A stretch of DNA of 64,000 nucleotides from Leidyana gryllorum EB-2025a (GCA_048772705.1 JBLWGC010000002.1:230729-294728); one strand, 5' to 3'. Counted from the stretch's first letter, positions 48,559 through 63,201 are shown. The notes: generated by a model not told the origin, from the sequence alone. Translations and numbers: made by a program.

Positions 48559-48802
48559 ATGATGGAACGGCAAGACTCTTGGTCACCAACTATACAAATG
48601 GGATGGCGAGGCCAGGGCATCGAGTCCGCCCCTATCCGTAGTCAACTGATGGCTGCGTCGCAACGACGAAAACCCGATGATTTCCGCGCCTTAGTCGAAT
48701 CCTACATCGACCGATTCGAACGAAACGCGGCTCTACTTGATGAAGTCCTTGCACTCCACTATGGTAATATCCTAAACAGACGATCACGTCTTACGAGCCA
48801 CG

Positions 48803-48837
<35 letters not shown>

Positions 48838-51480
48838 CCGCACACACAAACGCGAACACAAACGCGAACACACGATCGCTTCCCCTCCCCCGCGCCCCGT
48901 ATTTGACAACTTTGCCTCTTATGTCGCCTTGCAGTGGTGTGGACGAACGAGCTGAATGACTTGGCCGAGCGTCTCTTGAGCTTTGGCTGTAATCCTTACG
49001 CTCTCGACTTCCATGGAGACACCGCATTTCACTATGCCGTGCGTGGGGGTAATCTGCGCTTTCTCAAGAGTGTGTATCCGCGCGTTGGAGACAAGATGTT
49101 TGATATATTGAACTCTCATCAATGCAACTTGGTGCTCACAGCCGCCGCCGAAGCACCTGATGAGGCTGCGTTAGAGGTTCTGAATCTGATGGAATGGATG
49201 TGGTACCATGGTGTGACTCTTGAGTGCCGTGATGCGCAAGGAAAGACACCATTATTGTGGGCCGCTCAAAGGGGTTCTATAACCTTGTGCCATTGGTTAC
49301 TGTCGCGCGGTGCAAATTTGGGCCATCGTGATTACATGGGCCGAACAGCTCTGCATATGGTCTGTTCATCCGGCGACTCTGAAGTCGCTCTCTTTTTGGT
49401 GAGGTTCGCAGGCTGGTGTGGCGTTCAATTTGTTGTCACAGTGTCAAAAGGGGGCTGTCAATCTAATAGATTCTGAGTCCAATGACGGTAAGCCGGGATC
49501 GTCGTGTGTGTGTTTGACTTGTTGTTGTTTGTGCAGATGTGCGAATAAATACGCCTGTCAAGATCTGTTGGCAACGGAGCCATTACTGGCTCGCGTTGTC
49601 ACTGAAGAGGTGGCAGATTTGCCACGCAATGTTCGGGCGCTGTACATTTCTGTCAAATCGGTTTGCTTGGGTGAGAGTGATAAGAAGTTTGTTCCATCGA
49701 ACATGTGTGTGCAGTTTGCGCTCTTCCTCAGTCTTTGGAATTTGATGCTGGGATCCGTAATGCATTACCGGCTGCTTCAATTGGAGTCTCCCCGTGCGAC
49801 CGTCCTGGGCATACTTTTCTACACATTTATCTTCTTTGACCTGGTCTTCTGGCTTCTGTGTAAGTCCTTTCAAGGAGGAGGTGCGCTTGTCATCAATGTC
49901 CCGCTCAGCTGCCAAGACTGACCCGGGATATGTCAAAGAAGGCGTAATCCAGGATCAGAGTTATCGGTGCAGCAGGTGGGAGACAGATGGCGTTTCGATT
50001 CGGCGAAAACACTACCGATTCGCTGCAGATCTTTCAGCAACGATATCATCAACTTTGATAGAATGCCAGTGCCCGGGAATAGTAACTCGTCAGTGATCAA
50101 GTTGGTCAAGTTGGAAAGGTGCGTTGCGTTGGACGTCCGCTTCCCTTTGAAATTCTCGCTGTACAGAGAGGCTCTGAAGCTGACCAGTGAATTAGTGATG
50201 CTCAATCGACAATATAAGCCAATGAAGAATATGAAAAGGAGCGACGATTTCGATCACAAGTTCGACGAATATGCAGAGAAACTGCACAAAATACGAGTGA
50301 GCGTTCGTTCGTAGATCGGCGGCGGATCGATCGTGTGTGTTTCTTTCATCAGGGGAGCTCGAACAAGTTGGCTTCCAGCGTGGCAGAGGCGAGGCGAGCT
50401 GCATCCGATTCGCCGTACGTTGCTGCCGTGCTCGAAGGGGGCGGAAAACGCCGGCCTTGTTTCACGTGCCATATCATCCGACCTTTTCGGTCTCACCACT
50501 GCTCCGAGTGCGCGGCCTGTGTGCAGTAAGTGTGCTCGCTCTCTCGTCCGTTTCAGATTGGCTTCTTCTCACGCGCGCAGCCGATTTGACCACCATTGCG
50601 TGTGGGTGGATAACTGTATTGGCATCAACAATCAACGGTCCTTCTTCTTGTTCCTGTCCTCTCTGGTGGGCGCCTTGACGGTATATTTCGTCATCTTTGC
50701 GTCTTACTGCTACGATCACGTCATATATGGCGGCAAAGAGGAGGGGCAGTACACACCCATCAACTTGCTCAAGTTGTTGGCTTCGGTAAGTAGTGCACTT
50801 TTGAGTCAATTAATACATCCGGTTCCAGGTGACCTTCTACGTCGGTCTGATGAACGCCGCGTTGAACCTGGCCTGGTTTATTTTCTCGGGGTTCCTTCTG
50901 TATCGTACTACAAAATCGATGTTCTCTGATTTGACCTTTTACGAGAGTTTGAGACCGTAAGTCTACGGGATTTCGGACTTGTTGCTGTGGATCAATGTCG
51001 CCCGCAGACCCAACCACGTAGTGCGTCGATACGGAACCCAAGCCAAAGGATGGCTGTGGGAGCTGCGAGGCGTCGGCTGTCTCGATGCAATAATGTAAGC
51101 GTCCATGGAGGAGGTGCCTGTTGTGTGTCATCTCTTTTTTGTTCAGCAATGCGTGGCACTTTTGTGCTCAGTCCAATGCAAGAGATAGTGTCAACTACGG
51201 CACCTCGGACGCTGTCGAGTTACTGCCGCTACGGCGCCAGGGCGCGGGGGATTCTCCGAAAAGGTCGCGCAAGTACGCTGTGAAGACGCCGCATGCGCCT
51301 GAGACCGCTGCGTCGCCGCTGCTGACGAAATCCACTGCTCATCCGCCAGATACAGCGGCGAGTCACTATCCTATGACCGTATCACCAACCGATCAGGATC
51401 AAGGATTGGCCTGGCGGTGGATGAATCAGGGCCCTTTCCGCCAAGTGAGTGCCAAAGGTGCCCGGTCTCCATATATTTGA
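48559..51480 (+). CDS. Ankyrin-repeat DHHC palmitoyltransferase (Akr1/ZDHHC13/17-like), multi-exon
   Basis: Ankyrin motifs GDTAFHYA, GKTPLLWAA, GRTALHMV; TM helices; CFTCHIIRPFRSHHCSECAACV / RFDHHCVWVDNCIGINNQR. Confidence 0.93.
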
Positions 51481-53218
51481 TCTTCGGCAGACCTCAAAGG
51501 GCAATACTGGTATAATTAGTTACATCGGCGACCATCAACAGCAGTTCTTCTCTCCCGACCGAGCTCAGCAAGCCGCACCACGGTAGCAGAACTTCGCCTA
51601 CTCGACCCTTTTTTTTTCTTCGCCCAAGTAATATGCCCATTGGAGTTGCAACCAGCCAATACGTCCCCGCGTTTGTACCTCCCCCCGATGTCATAGAGTC
51701 CGTCGAGAATGCACAGAAGATCAAACCACAAGTCACTCTTCCACTCCACTCAGCTGGGCAAAAAACAGGCCCGACTGAAAGTCTTCTTAGCCTCGTCTCC
51801 CATAAGCTCTCTGATATCACTGCAACAATCTCTAACCTGGGAAGCTCCCTATGGACAAGTTCACGCGGGATTTTCTTTGCCGGTGGCCGACAGGTCGCTG
51901 CTGTTGAAGCTCAACACATCAATTCAACCATCTTTGAGCAAGTTTGACACTCCCAGCAGATGGCTCCCCTCCCCGTCGCCCCAACCAACAAAATCCAAAT
52001 AATAGACGCATACTTTCCTTCTCCGGCTTCATTTTTCTGGCATCAAGCCACCCCCGCACATGGATGGAGCCTGTGCATCTCACCAGCCCAACAACCGATG
52101 TGTCGCATGTTAGGCCTACCGCAGAAGCGCGTGCGCCTGCCTCGAGGGCCGAAAAGAAAATCAAGGCCGTTTCGTCCATACCATACTATCAGGTCAACCA
52201 ACTTCGCACACAGCGATCCCCTTTGGCCTCCGCAAGGCTTCATTTCAACTTAAGTGGAGCTCGACTGACCCACTCAGTCCCATCTCTCCGTCACGACACC
52301 ACTTCAAGACTTCGTAGTGTTGAAAAGCAGCACTAAAAGGGGCCCACGGCTCAATTATCCGCCTGAATAAATCATATCCATCACTCTTCTGGGTGAAATT
52401 GTTAACGACCCCTTCTGAGCGAGATAAACTTGGGAAGCGATGAGGTCTCTATGCAGCATTCCTCCTCACTTTTGGCAGCATGTCTTAAGCAGTAATTCAT
52501 TCCACAAGGTGACGACCTCAGCTGGTCGGAGATCAGCAGATCTGATACGTCAAACCACGGAGCCGTGATCCCTTCGGGTTATACAGCCCTATGATAATGA
52601 ACCCCACTCTTGTCACTTCATCTGTTATTGTGGTGCATGTACTATTTTACTTGGTGGGCTGGAGCCGGCTCACACGGAGACACCGGCTTGCAAACACGCA
52701 CGTGTGCTCGGCACAAATAGATCTAATTGATTTCACGAATGAGTGATGGCGAGGAAGGGTCGAAGAAGCGAAGCGGATGAACCTACCGTGGACGGTCCAG
52801 ACGCGTCGGGGACTCGGAGGACGATTCACTCCATGAGTAACCAATACAACCGGTCACCAATTAAAATCCCCGAATCAACAATTACAATGGGGTGCTGCAC
52901 TCTCTTAATCAGGCACCACCAGGCGGTTCAAAGTCTGATTTCAGTATGTTGGCAGCATATGACATGTTGTGTTGAAGGGTTACACAATCAATTGACTATC
53001 CCCGCTGTTTGCAGGACAAACGACTACACTTGAAGTCCTCCAAAGCAACTCTGTTAGCTCGGGATCGACCTCCAATCTGCGCAGAGCTGTGGCCGACTGG
53101 CTATCGCCGCACCGAACTCCATCGCACCTCCGATTTCAAGGATATTCACTATACACATCACCCCCGACTCCTCGTCCGCAGGTGTAATCGAGTCGGATAC
53201 GCAGAGTAAAGGATGTTA

Positions 53219-53820
53219 TCAATCCGCGTGGCGCGCCTCCCATCTCACGATCATCTTGACTTTGCGTATGCTCGCCTCCTCAAGTGCCTCCCACACATCA
53301 CCGCTTCACGCACCAGGCAATGTCTCAGGCGTGTTCTGCCTGTTCTCACTGCCGAAAGCTCCTTATCAAAGTGACAAGAGTTGCAACATCAGTACCAAAT
53401 CTCCCGGCTGGATCGGCTGTCAGCATCCTGCGAAGATCGTCAGTGGTATCACACAACGTCAGGTCGTCGACGTCTCCCGGTCTATTCGGAGCCGTGGGAC
53501 GAGGCTCAGGATCAGTACCGCTGGCCGCATTTTGCTCTGGAACGGCAGTCACACTGTTCATTGGTGGTGCAGGGTGAGCCACGACCGTCAGATTCTCGCC
53601 TGTATCATCTCGAGTCACATCGTCCATTGGTGGTGCAGGGTGAGTCACGACCGTCAGATTCTCGCCCGTAGCATCTCGAGTCACACCTTCTCTGATCACC
53701 CAGTACGGTTGCCTCCATTCATATAGGAAGCCAGCCGCTAAACACTTGAATCTATTCACCCTCGATTTCGTCCAAGTGCAGAAAGGCAACGACACACTCG
53801 CACGACTCCAATGTCATCTC
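53219..53820 (-). pseudogene. Second, variable or decaying gene in each array unit (other copies about 56822-57411 and 60391-60990), with a 66-bp internal repeat
   Basis: Conserved GTGAGA...AAG intron and last exon (GDVWEALEEASIRKVKMIVRWEARHAD). 5' frames differ between copies. The 22-aa repeat VTRDxxGENLTVVxHPAPP is at 53559 and 53625. Confidence 0.45.
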
Positions 53821-54044
53821 TGTCAGCCAGGCCACCACTGTCATGGACGCTTTCTCGCAGGCACAGCGTGGAGCCGCTGCTGTTGAGCACTTTGATTAAC
53901 AGTAAAGTAGCGATCTTCAATGCCTCAGGGCGATTGTGACCACGCCAGCGACCGGGATCGAGATACCTCCGTCTTAGAGTCCACAACACGTTAAAGTCAA
54001 GCGCATTCACACCAAAACAGAGTGCCACTGTCATCAATCAGTCA

Positions 54045-56032
54045 TTATGTGCTCTCAAAATCCTCCTCCTCGGCTTGAAGCAATACTTCTTCTTGCAAAC
54101 TGGGAGGACAGACAGCCGGGAATATCACACTCACATTCCAACACTCCAATTCTGTGAACTTCTGATCCAGCAGCATGCGACCGAACCACCAATCGTTGAG
54201 ATAAATGATAGCCACGTTGTTGAATATTCCGCCCACAGACGGCTGAGCCTCGCGCAATGTCGATTCCAACATCTCAGAGTACCACTGATTGACGAATACC
54301 TTTGGCACGCTGGCGTAAACGTCGAGCTGGAAGAGGGGAAAGGGCAGAAGGCGATCACTTGTCTCTACCTCTCGAGGCCACTCCACACTGGCGTCAGCAG
54401 ATAGAGCCATCAGATATGTATCGATCTCATCAGCCGAGCAACGGACGCATTTCAGCACTGCGCGGAGAGTGGCGTCTGTGTAGAGTCCGGATACGAGTTC
54501 CAATTGCACCTTAGGCCACGGGTATTGCAGAAGCGCTGCAGCTTGAAGACCGAAGCGAATGCGAACGCCTTTCCGTCGCCACATAGAGTGGCCAATCAAG
54601 AACCAATAAGTCAGGGTCAGCATACTCAAAGGTATTCCGGTGACACCGACATATTGGATGTGACCTTTCTCGATCACTCGTCGAATGCTTTCCGGTGGGT
54701 TATATCGTTGGAGGTGAAGGCACAGCACCCGAACACAATCGGGAGACCAACATGGGGGAGCGGTCTCTCCAAGATGCGCTGCGGTGAGCTCCCAGCCCTC
54801 CAGAGGTAGTTCAATCCGCTTCAAGTTGTGGAAGGGCAGATTTTTTATCAAGTCCTCGGCCAGAGTTGGAATGGTTGCGTCATTGACATAGAGAACCCGT
54901 GTCACCAATGACCAATCCACTGGATGCACCAGGCCGGTGGCGTTGAGATACGCTGTGTTATCTCTCATCAACCCGATGTTTGTGGGAGGAAATACAGCGG
55001 GAGGTTCGGTCAGTGGGAGTGCCATCCACCGGACAGGGGGGGATTCCAGATCCCGGGTTTGCGCCAACCGGAACCATCCTAAGCACGTACGCACACGCAC
55101 AGCCACAGTCCCGTCTCGTTGAGTCTCCTCGAAAGTCTCTTGAGGCTGCAGCCACACCCAATACGGACTCGAATTCACAAAGGTACGGCACAGCGGATGC
55201 ATATTGCGCTCTCGATCGATCCATTCTCGCCTGAGGTAGTTCAGCAGTCTCTGTGCCCCTCTGCGTTATGTGTCATTGAAGGCTCTCACATTGCTCACCT
55301 TGCGCAATTGGGCCATTTCTTGGAGCTCCAATGATGCAATTCCAACACATCGCGTGTCCAATCCTCTGCTTTGGGTAAGCAGTGCACCAGAGCGGCTGAC
55401 GTCTTCCAGCCCCCGTTCACAACAGCAGAAGGACGGTTGTTGATGTGTGAAATCCAAAACTTGAACTGTGGCTTCGTCACCGACACAATGAAGCAATCCG
55501 GGCCGTCACCCACTGCTTGACGGAGCGCCACCGCCATATTGTGTCGAATGAAGGGAAGGTGTTGACTTTTCACAGCCAAAAACTCCAATATTGGTGCCTC
55601 GATCTCCAGAAACCCTTCAGTGAAGCGGGACCATGTTAAGTCCAGATATTTCAGTGTGGGGAAATGGAAGGTATGAGACTGCCACGACCCTCCACTCCGA
55701 AAAGTCACGCCTATGGTCGCCGTCGTCAGTTTTGGAAGCCCCCATTTGCACATCTTCTGCAATAGATCGATGACAATGTGATCCTTTTCAGTCACCCCGA
55801 TCCAGAAGAGCGATTCCAGATGTGGGCACGATCTGTGCAGCCATGCTTCGAACCACGACGCGCGCTGTACCCAGGTCCACTGTTGTGATGTGAGATGGAG
55901 TTGTTGCGAAATCAACAGCGAACTTTCTGAGTGAAGAATGTCGTAAACCTGTTTCGAGATTCCAGCCACTCTTGTCAGCTCCCACAACGGTAGGAAGCGA
56001 AGAATTTGAGTCCAAATGTGGTCACTGAGCAT
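54045..56032 (-). CDS. F-box/LRR-like protein, array copy A (about 650 aa; intron 55261-55298)
   Basis: LSDHIWTQILRFLPLWELTRVAGISKQVY is F-box-like; CPHLESL, LPKLTTA and FPTLKYLDL are LRR-like. A 38-nt GTGAGC...CAG intron fuses the 245-aa and 385/399-aa ORFs in frame (NCAR|GAQRLLNYLRR). Confidence 0.8.
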
Positions 56033-57623
56033 TCTTCAGCACTAAACACCCCAGAAATCGTGTGCACACACTCGTGTGGTGACTGAAGGAAGTTGTGGGC
56101 AGGTGTCCTTTGGTCATGCCGCAGAGCTTTCCAATGCTTTAGACTGGCATGGAGCTTCACGGAAGCACTGAATCCCATGTCTCCCTCACAGAACCACTTC
56201 AGAATCTCGTGGTGTTGAGTATCAGCACCAAAACAAGCGCACTGCTCAATGATCCGCTTGAGTGTAGCTATCATCCCCTTCTCACTTGAATCGTTGATGA
56301 CCACTCTCGAGCTACACTTGAGTAGCGACGCTGCTTCACGTGGAGAGCGATAAGGGCTCTATGCAGCGTTGGTCTCACCTTTGGCAGCATGTCTCATGTG
56401 ATAATCAATTTTACATAGTGACGACCTCAGCTGATGAGACGCCAGCAGAGCCTATAGCCATTGCTCCCATATGACGAGTTTTTTCACTCCGTCAATAAGG
56501 CACCACTAGGCACTTTAGATTCTGATTCCAGTGTGTTGGCAGTGTATGACATGTTGTGGTGAAGGGTTACACAACCAATTGACTATCCCCGCTGTTTGCA
56601 GGACAAACGACTACACTTGAAGTCCTCTTAAGCAACTCTGTCAGCTCGGGGCCGACCTCCTTCTATACAGGGCTGTGGCCGACTCGCTATCGCCGCACCG
56701 AACTCCGTCGCACCTCCGATTTCAGAGATATTCACTATACACATCACCCCGCGCCGACTCCTCGTCCGCAGGTGTAATCGAGTCGGATACCACTTCAAAT
56801 GGCGCAGAGTAAAGAATGTTATCAATCCGCGTGGCGCGCCTCCCATCTCACGATCATCTTGACTTTGCGTATGCTCGCCTCCTCAAGTGCCTCCCACACA
56901 TCACCGCTTCACGCACCAGGCAATGTCTCAGGCGTGTTCTGCCTGTTCTCAGTGCCGAACGACCGCCATCAAAGCGGCAAGAGTTGTACCGTTAGTAATA
57001 AATCTCATACTTGGATCGGCTGTCATCATCGTGCGAAGAGCGTCAGCGGTACCACAACACGTCATTTCGGGGACGTCTCCCGGTGCAATCGGAGTCGTGG
57101 GGCGAGGCTCACGATCAGTACCGCTGGCCGCATGTTGCTCGAGAACGGCAGTCACACCGTCAAAACGTGTTGCAGGATGGCCTCCGACCTGATTCCGCCC
57201 CGTCTCGAGTCACACCGTCAATTCTCACGACCGTCAGATTCTCGCCCGCAACATCTCGAGTCCCACCTTCGCTGTCCACCCATTGCCGCTGCCTCCAGAG
57301 GATACAGGAAGCCAACCCACAAACACTCAAGAGTTGATCAGCCTCCATGTCGTCCAAGTGCAGAATGGCAACGACAGCCTCGCACGACTCCAAGGTCATC
57401 TCTGTCAGCCAGGCCACCACTGTCATGGACGCTTTCTCGCAGGCACAGCGTGGAGCCGCTGTTGAGCACTGTGATTAACAGTAAAGTAGCGATCTTCATT
57501 GCCTCAGGGCGATTGTGACCACGCCAGCGACCGGGATCGAGATACCTCCGTCTTAGAGTCCACAACACGTTAAAGTCAAACGCATTCACACCAAAACAGA
57601 GCGCCACTGTCATCAATCAGTCA

Positions 57624-59611
57624 TTATGTGCTCTCAAAATCCTCCTCCTCGGCTTTAAGCATTACTTCTTCTTGCAAACTGGGAGGACAGACAGCCGGTA
57701 ACATCACACTCACATTCCAATACTCCAATTCTGTGAACTTCTGATCCAGCAGCATGCGACCGAACCACCAATCGTTGAGATAAATTCTAGCCACGTCGTC
57801 GAATATTCCGCCCACAGACGGCTGAGCCTCGCGCAATGTCAATTCCAACATCTCAGAGTACCACTGATTGACGAATACCTTTGGCACGCTGGCGTAAACG
57901 TCGAGCTGGAAGAGGCGAAAGGGCAGAAGGCGATCACTTGTCTCTACCTCTCGAGGCCACTCCACACTGGCGTCAGCAGATAGAGCCATCAGATATGTAT
58001 CGATGTCATCAGCCGAACAACGGACGTATTTCAGCACTGCGCGGAGAGTGGCGTCTGTGTAGAGTCCGGATACGAGTTCCAATTGCACCTTAGGCCACGG
58101 GTATTGCAGAAGCGCTGCAGCTTGAAGACCGAAGCGAATGCGAACGCCTTTCCGTCGCCACATAGAGTGGCCAATCAAGAACCAATAAGTCAGGGTCAGC
58201 ATACTCAAAGGTATTCCGGTGACACCGACATATTGGATGTGACCTTTCTCGATCACTCGTCGAATGCTTTCCGGTGGGTAATATCGTTGGAGGTGAAGGC
58301 ACAGCACCCGAACACAGTCGGGAGACCAACATGGGGGAGCGGTCTCTCCAAGATGCGCTGCGGTGAGCTCCCAGCCCTCCAGAGGTAGTTCAATCCGCTT
58401 CAAGTTGTGGAAGGGCAGATTTTTTATTAAGTCCTCGGTCAGAGTTGGAATGGTTGTGTCATTGACATAGAGAACCCGTGTCACCAATGACCAATCCACT
58501 GGATGCACCAGGCCGGTGGCGTTGAGATACGCTGTGTTATCCCTCATCAACCCGATGTTTGTGGGAGGAAATACAGCGGGAGGTTCGGTCAGTGGGAGTG
58601 CCATCCACCGGACAGGGGGGGATTCCAGATCCCGGGTGTGCGCCAACCGGAACCATCCTAAGCATGTACGCACGCGCACAGCCACATTTCCGTCTCGTTG
58701 AGTCTCCTCGAAAGTCTCTTGAGGCTGCAGCCACACCCAATACGGCCTCGAATTCACAAAGGTACGGCACAGCGGATGCATATTGCGCTCTCGATCGATC
58801 CATTCTCGCCTGAGGTAGTTCAACAGTCTCTGTGCCCCTCTGCGTTATGTGTCATTGAAGGCTCTCACATTGCTCACCTTGCGCAATTGGGCCATTTCTT
58901 GGAGCTTCCATAATGCAATTCCAACACATCGCGTGTCCAATCCTCTGCTTTGGGTAAGCAGCGCACCAGAGCGGCTGACGTCTTCCAGCCCCCGTTCACA
59001 ACAGCAGAAGGACGGTTGGTGATGTTTGAAATCCAAAATTTGAACTGTGGCTTCGTCACCGACACAATTAAGGAATCGGGGCCGTCACCCACTGCTTGAC
59101 GGAGCGCCACCGCCATATTGTGTCGAATGAAGGGAAGCTGTTGCCTTTTCACAGCCAAAAACTCCAATTTTGGTGCATCGATCTCCAGAAACCCTTCAGT
59201 AAATCGGGACCATATTAAGTCCAGATATTTCAGTGTGGGGAAATGGAAGGTATGAGACTGCCACGACCCTCCACTCCGAAAAGTCACGCCAATGGTCGCC
59301 TTCGTCAATTTTGGAAGCCCCCATTTGCACATCTTCTGCAATAGATCGATGACAATGTGATCCTTTTCAGTGACCCCGACCCAGAAGAGCGATTCCAGAT
59401 GTGGGCACGATCTGTGCAGCCATGCTTCGAACCACGACGCGCGCTGTACCCAGGTCCACTGTTGTGATGTGAGATGGAGTTGTTGCGAAATCAACAACGA
59501 ACTTTCTGAGTGAAGAATGTCGTAAATCTGTTTGGAGATCCCAGCCACTCTTGTCAGCTCCCACAACGGTAGGAAACGAAGAATTTGAGTCCAAATGTGG
59601 TCACTGAGCAT
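57624..59611 (-). CDS. F-box/LRR-like protein, array copy B (intron 58840-58877)
   Basis: Near-identical to copy A; intact frame and splice sites. Confidence 0.8.
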
Positions 59612-61213
59612 TCTTCAGCACTAAACACCCCAGAAATCGTGTGCGCACACTCGTGTGGTGACTGAAGGAAGTTGCGGGCAGGTGTCCTTTGGTCATGCCG
59701 CAGAGCTTTCCAATGCTTTAGACTGGCATGGAGCTTCACGGAAGCACTGAATCCCATGTCTCCCTCACAGAACCCCTTCAGAATCTCGTGGTGTTGAGTA
59801 TCAGCACCAAAACAGGCGCACTGCTCAATAATCCGCTTTGAGTGTAGCTATCACCCCCTTTTCACTTGAATCGTTGATGACCACTCTCGAGATACACTCG
59901 AGTAGCGACGCTGCTTCAGGGTGGAGAGCGATAAGGGCTCTATGCAGCGTTGGTCTCACCTTTGGCAGCATGTCTCATGCGATAATCAATTTTACATAGT
60001 GACGACCTCAGCTGATGAGACGCCAGCAGAGCCTATAGCTCCCATATGTCGAGTTTTTTCACTCCGTCAATCAGGCACCACCAGCCATTTTAGATTCTGA
60101 TTCCAGTGTGTTGGCAGTGTATGACATGTTGTGTTGAAGGGTTACACAATCAATTGAGTATCCCCGCTGTTTGCAGGACAAACGACTACACTTGAAGTCC
60201 TCTTAAGCAACTCTGTCAGCTCGGGGCCGACCTATACAGGGCTGTGGCCGACTCGCTATCGCCGCACCGAACTCCGTCCCACCTCCAATATCAGAGATAT
60301 TCACTATAAACATCACCCCGCGCCGACTCCTCGTCCGCAGGTGTAATCGAGTCGGATACCACTTCAAATGGCGCAGAGTCAAGAATGTTATCAATCCGCG
60401 TACCGCGCCTCCCATCTCACGATCATCTTGACTTTGCGTATGCTCGCCTCCTCAAGTGCCTCCCACACATCACCGCTTCACGCACCAGACAATGTCTCAG
60501 GCGTGTTCTGCCTGTTCTCAGTGCCGAAAGCTCCTCATCAAAGTGGCAAAAGTTTCACCATCAGCAATAAATCTCACGGTTGGATCGACTGTCAGCATGT
60601 TGCTAAGAAGGTCAGGGATATCACGAAACGTCAGTCCCTCGAATTCTCTCAGTGCATTCGGAGCCGTGGGACGAGGTTCACGATCAGTACCGCTGGCCAC
60701 ATTTTGCTCAAGAACGGCAGTCACACCAGCAACTGGTGGTGCAGGATGAGTCACGACCCTTTGATTCCCGCCCGCAGCATCTCGAGTCACACCGTCAACT
60801 GGTGGTGCAGGATGAGTCACGACCGTCAGATTCTCGCCCGCAACATCTCGAGCCCCACCTTCTCTGATCACCCAGTACGGTTGCCTCCATTCATATAGGA
60901 AGCCAGCCGCTAAACACTTGAATCTATTCAGCCTCGATTTCGTCCAAGTGCAGAATGGCAACGACAGCCTCGCACGACTCCAATGTCATCTCTGTCAGCC
61001 AGGCCACCACTGTCATGGACGCTTTCTCGCAGGCACAGCGTGGAGCCGCTGTTGAGCACTTTGATTAACAGCAAAGTAGCGATCTTCAATGCCTCAGGGC
61101 GATTGTGACCACGTCGGCGACCGGGATCGAGATACCTCCGTCTTAGAGTCCACAACACGTTAAAGTCAAACGCATTCACACCAAAACAGAGCGCCACTGT
61201 CATCAATCAGTCA

Positions 61214-63201
61214 TTATGTACTCTCAAAATCCTCCTCCTCGGCTTGAAGCAATACTTCTTCTTGCAAACTGGGAGGACAGACAGCCGGGAATATCACACT
61301 CACATTCCAATACTCCAATTCTGTGAACTTCTGATCCAGCAGCATGCGACCGAACCACCAATCGTTGAGATAAATGATAGCCACGTTGTCGAATATTCCG
61401 CCCACAGACGGCTGAGCCTCGCGCAATGTCGATTCCAACATCTCAGAGTACCACTGATTGACGAATACCTTTGGCACGCTGGCGTAAACGTCGAGCTGGA
61501 AGAGGGGAAAGGGCAGAAGGCGATCACTTGTCTCTACCTCTCGAGGCCACTCCACACTGGCGTCAGCAGATAGAGCCATCAGATATCTATCGATGTCATC
61601 AGCCGAGCAACGGACGCATTTCAGCACTGCGCGGAGAGTGGCGTCTGTGTAGAGTCCGGATACGAGTTCCAATTGCACCTTAGGCCACGGGTATTGCAGA
61701 AGCGCTGCAGCTTGAAGACCGAAGCGAATGCGAACGCCTTTCCGTCGCCACATAGAGTGGCCAATCAAGAACCAATAAGTCAGGGTCAGCATACTCAAAG
61801 GTATTCCGGTGACACCGACATATTGGATGTGACCTTTCTCGATCACTCGTCGAATGCTTTCCGGTGGGTTATATCGTTGGAGGTGAAGGCACAGCACCCG
61901 AACACAGTCGGGAGACCAACATGAGGAAGCGGTCTCTCCAAGATGCGCTGCGGTGAGCTCCCAGCCCTCCAGAGGTAGTTCGATCCGCTTCAAGTTGTGG
62001 AAGGGCAGATTTTTTATTAAGTCCTCGGTCAGAGTTGGAATGGTTGCGTCATTGACATAGAGAACCCGTGTCACCAATGACCAATCCACTGGATGCACCA
62101 GGCCGGTGGCGTTGAGATACGCTGTGTTATCTCTCATCAACCCGACGTTTGAGGGAGGAAATACAGCGGGAGGTTCGGTCAGTGGGAGTGCCCTCCACCG
62201 GACAGGGGGGGATTCCAGATCCCGGGTTTGCGCCAACCGGAACCATCCTAAGCACGTACGCACACGCACAGCCACAGTCCCGTCTCGTTGAGTCTCCTCG
62301 AAAGTCTCTTGAGGCTGCAGCCACACCCAATACGGACTCGAATTCACAAAGGTACGGCACAGCGGATGCATATTGCGCTCTCGATCGATCCATTCTCGCC
62401 TGAGGTAGTTCAGCAGTCTCTGTGCCCCTCTGCGTTATGTGTCATTGAAGACTCTCACATTGCTCACCTTGCGCAATTGGGCCATTTCTTGGAGCTCCTA
62501 TGATGCAATTCCAACACATCGCGTGTCCAATCCTCTGCTTTGGGTAAGCAGTGCACCAGAGCGGCTGACGTCTTCCAGCCCCCGTTCACAACAGCAGAAG
62601 GACGGTTGGTGATGTTTGAAATCCAAAATTTGAACTGTGGCTTCGTCACCGACACAATGAAGCAATCCGGGCCGTCACCCACTGCTTGACGGAGCGCCAC
62701 CGCCATATTGTGTCGAATGAAGGGAAGGTGTTGACTTTTCACAGCCAAAAACTCCAATATTGGTGCATCGATCTCCAGAAACCCTTCAGTGAAGCGGGAC
62801 CATGTTAAGTCCAGATATTTCAGTGTGGGGAAATGGAAGGTATGAGACTGCCACGACCCTCCACTCCGAAAAGTCACGCCTATGGTCGCCGTCGTCAGTT
62901 TTGGAAGCCCCCATTTGCACATCTTCTGCAATAGATCGATGACAATGTGATCCTTTTCAGTCACCCCGATCCAGAAGAGCGATTCCAGATGTGGGCACGA
63001 TCTGTGCAGCCATGCTTCGAACCACGACGCGCGCTGTACCCAGGTCCACTGTTGTGATGTGAGATGGAGTTGTTGCGAAATCAACAGCGAACTTTCTGAG
63101 TGAAGAATGTCGTAAACCTGTTTCGAGATTCCAGCCACTCTTGTCAGCTCCCACAACGGTAGGAAGCGAAGAATTTGAGTCCAAATGTGGTCACTGAGCA
63201 T
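61214..63201 (-). CDS. F-box/LRR-like protein, array copy C (intron 62430-62467)
   Basis: Near-identical to copy A; intact frame and splice sites. Confidence 0.8.

Noticed and set aside
51633-52336. Short + strand ORFs before the array
   Set aside because: Possibly a small gene, but no motif or clear splice structure supports a call.
55975-56391. ORF upstream of the F-box gene in each unit
   Set aside because: Frames differ between units (indels) with no motif; probably UTR or decayed sequence.
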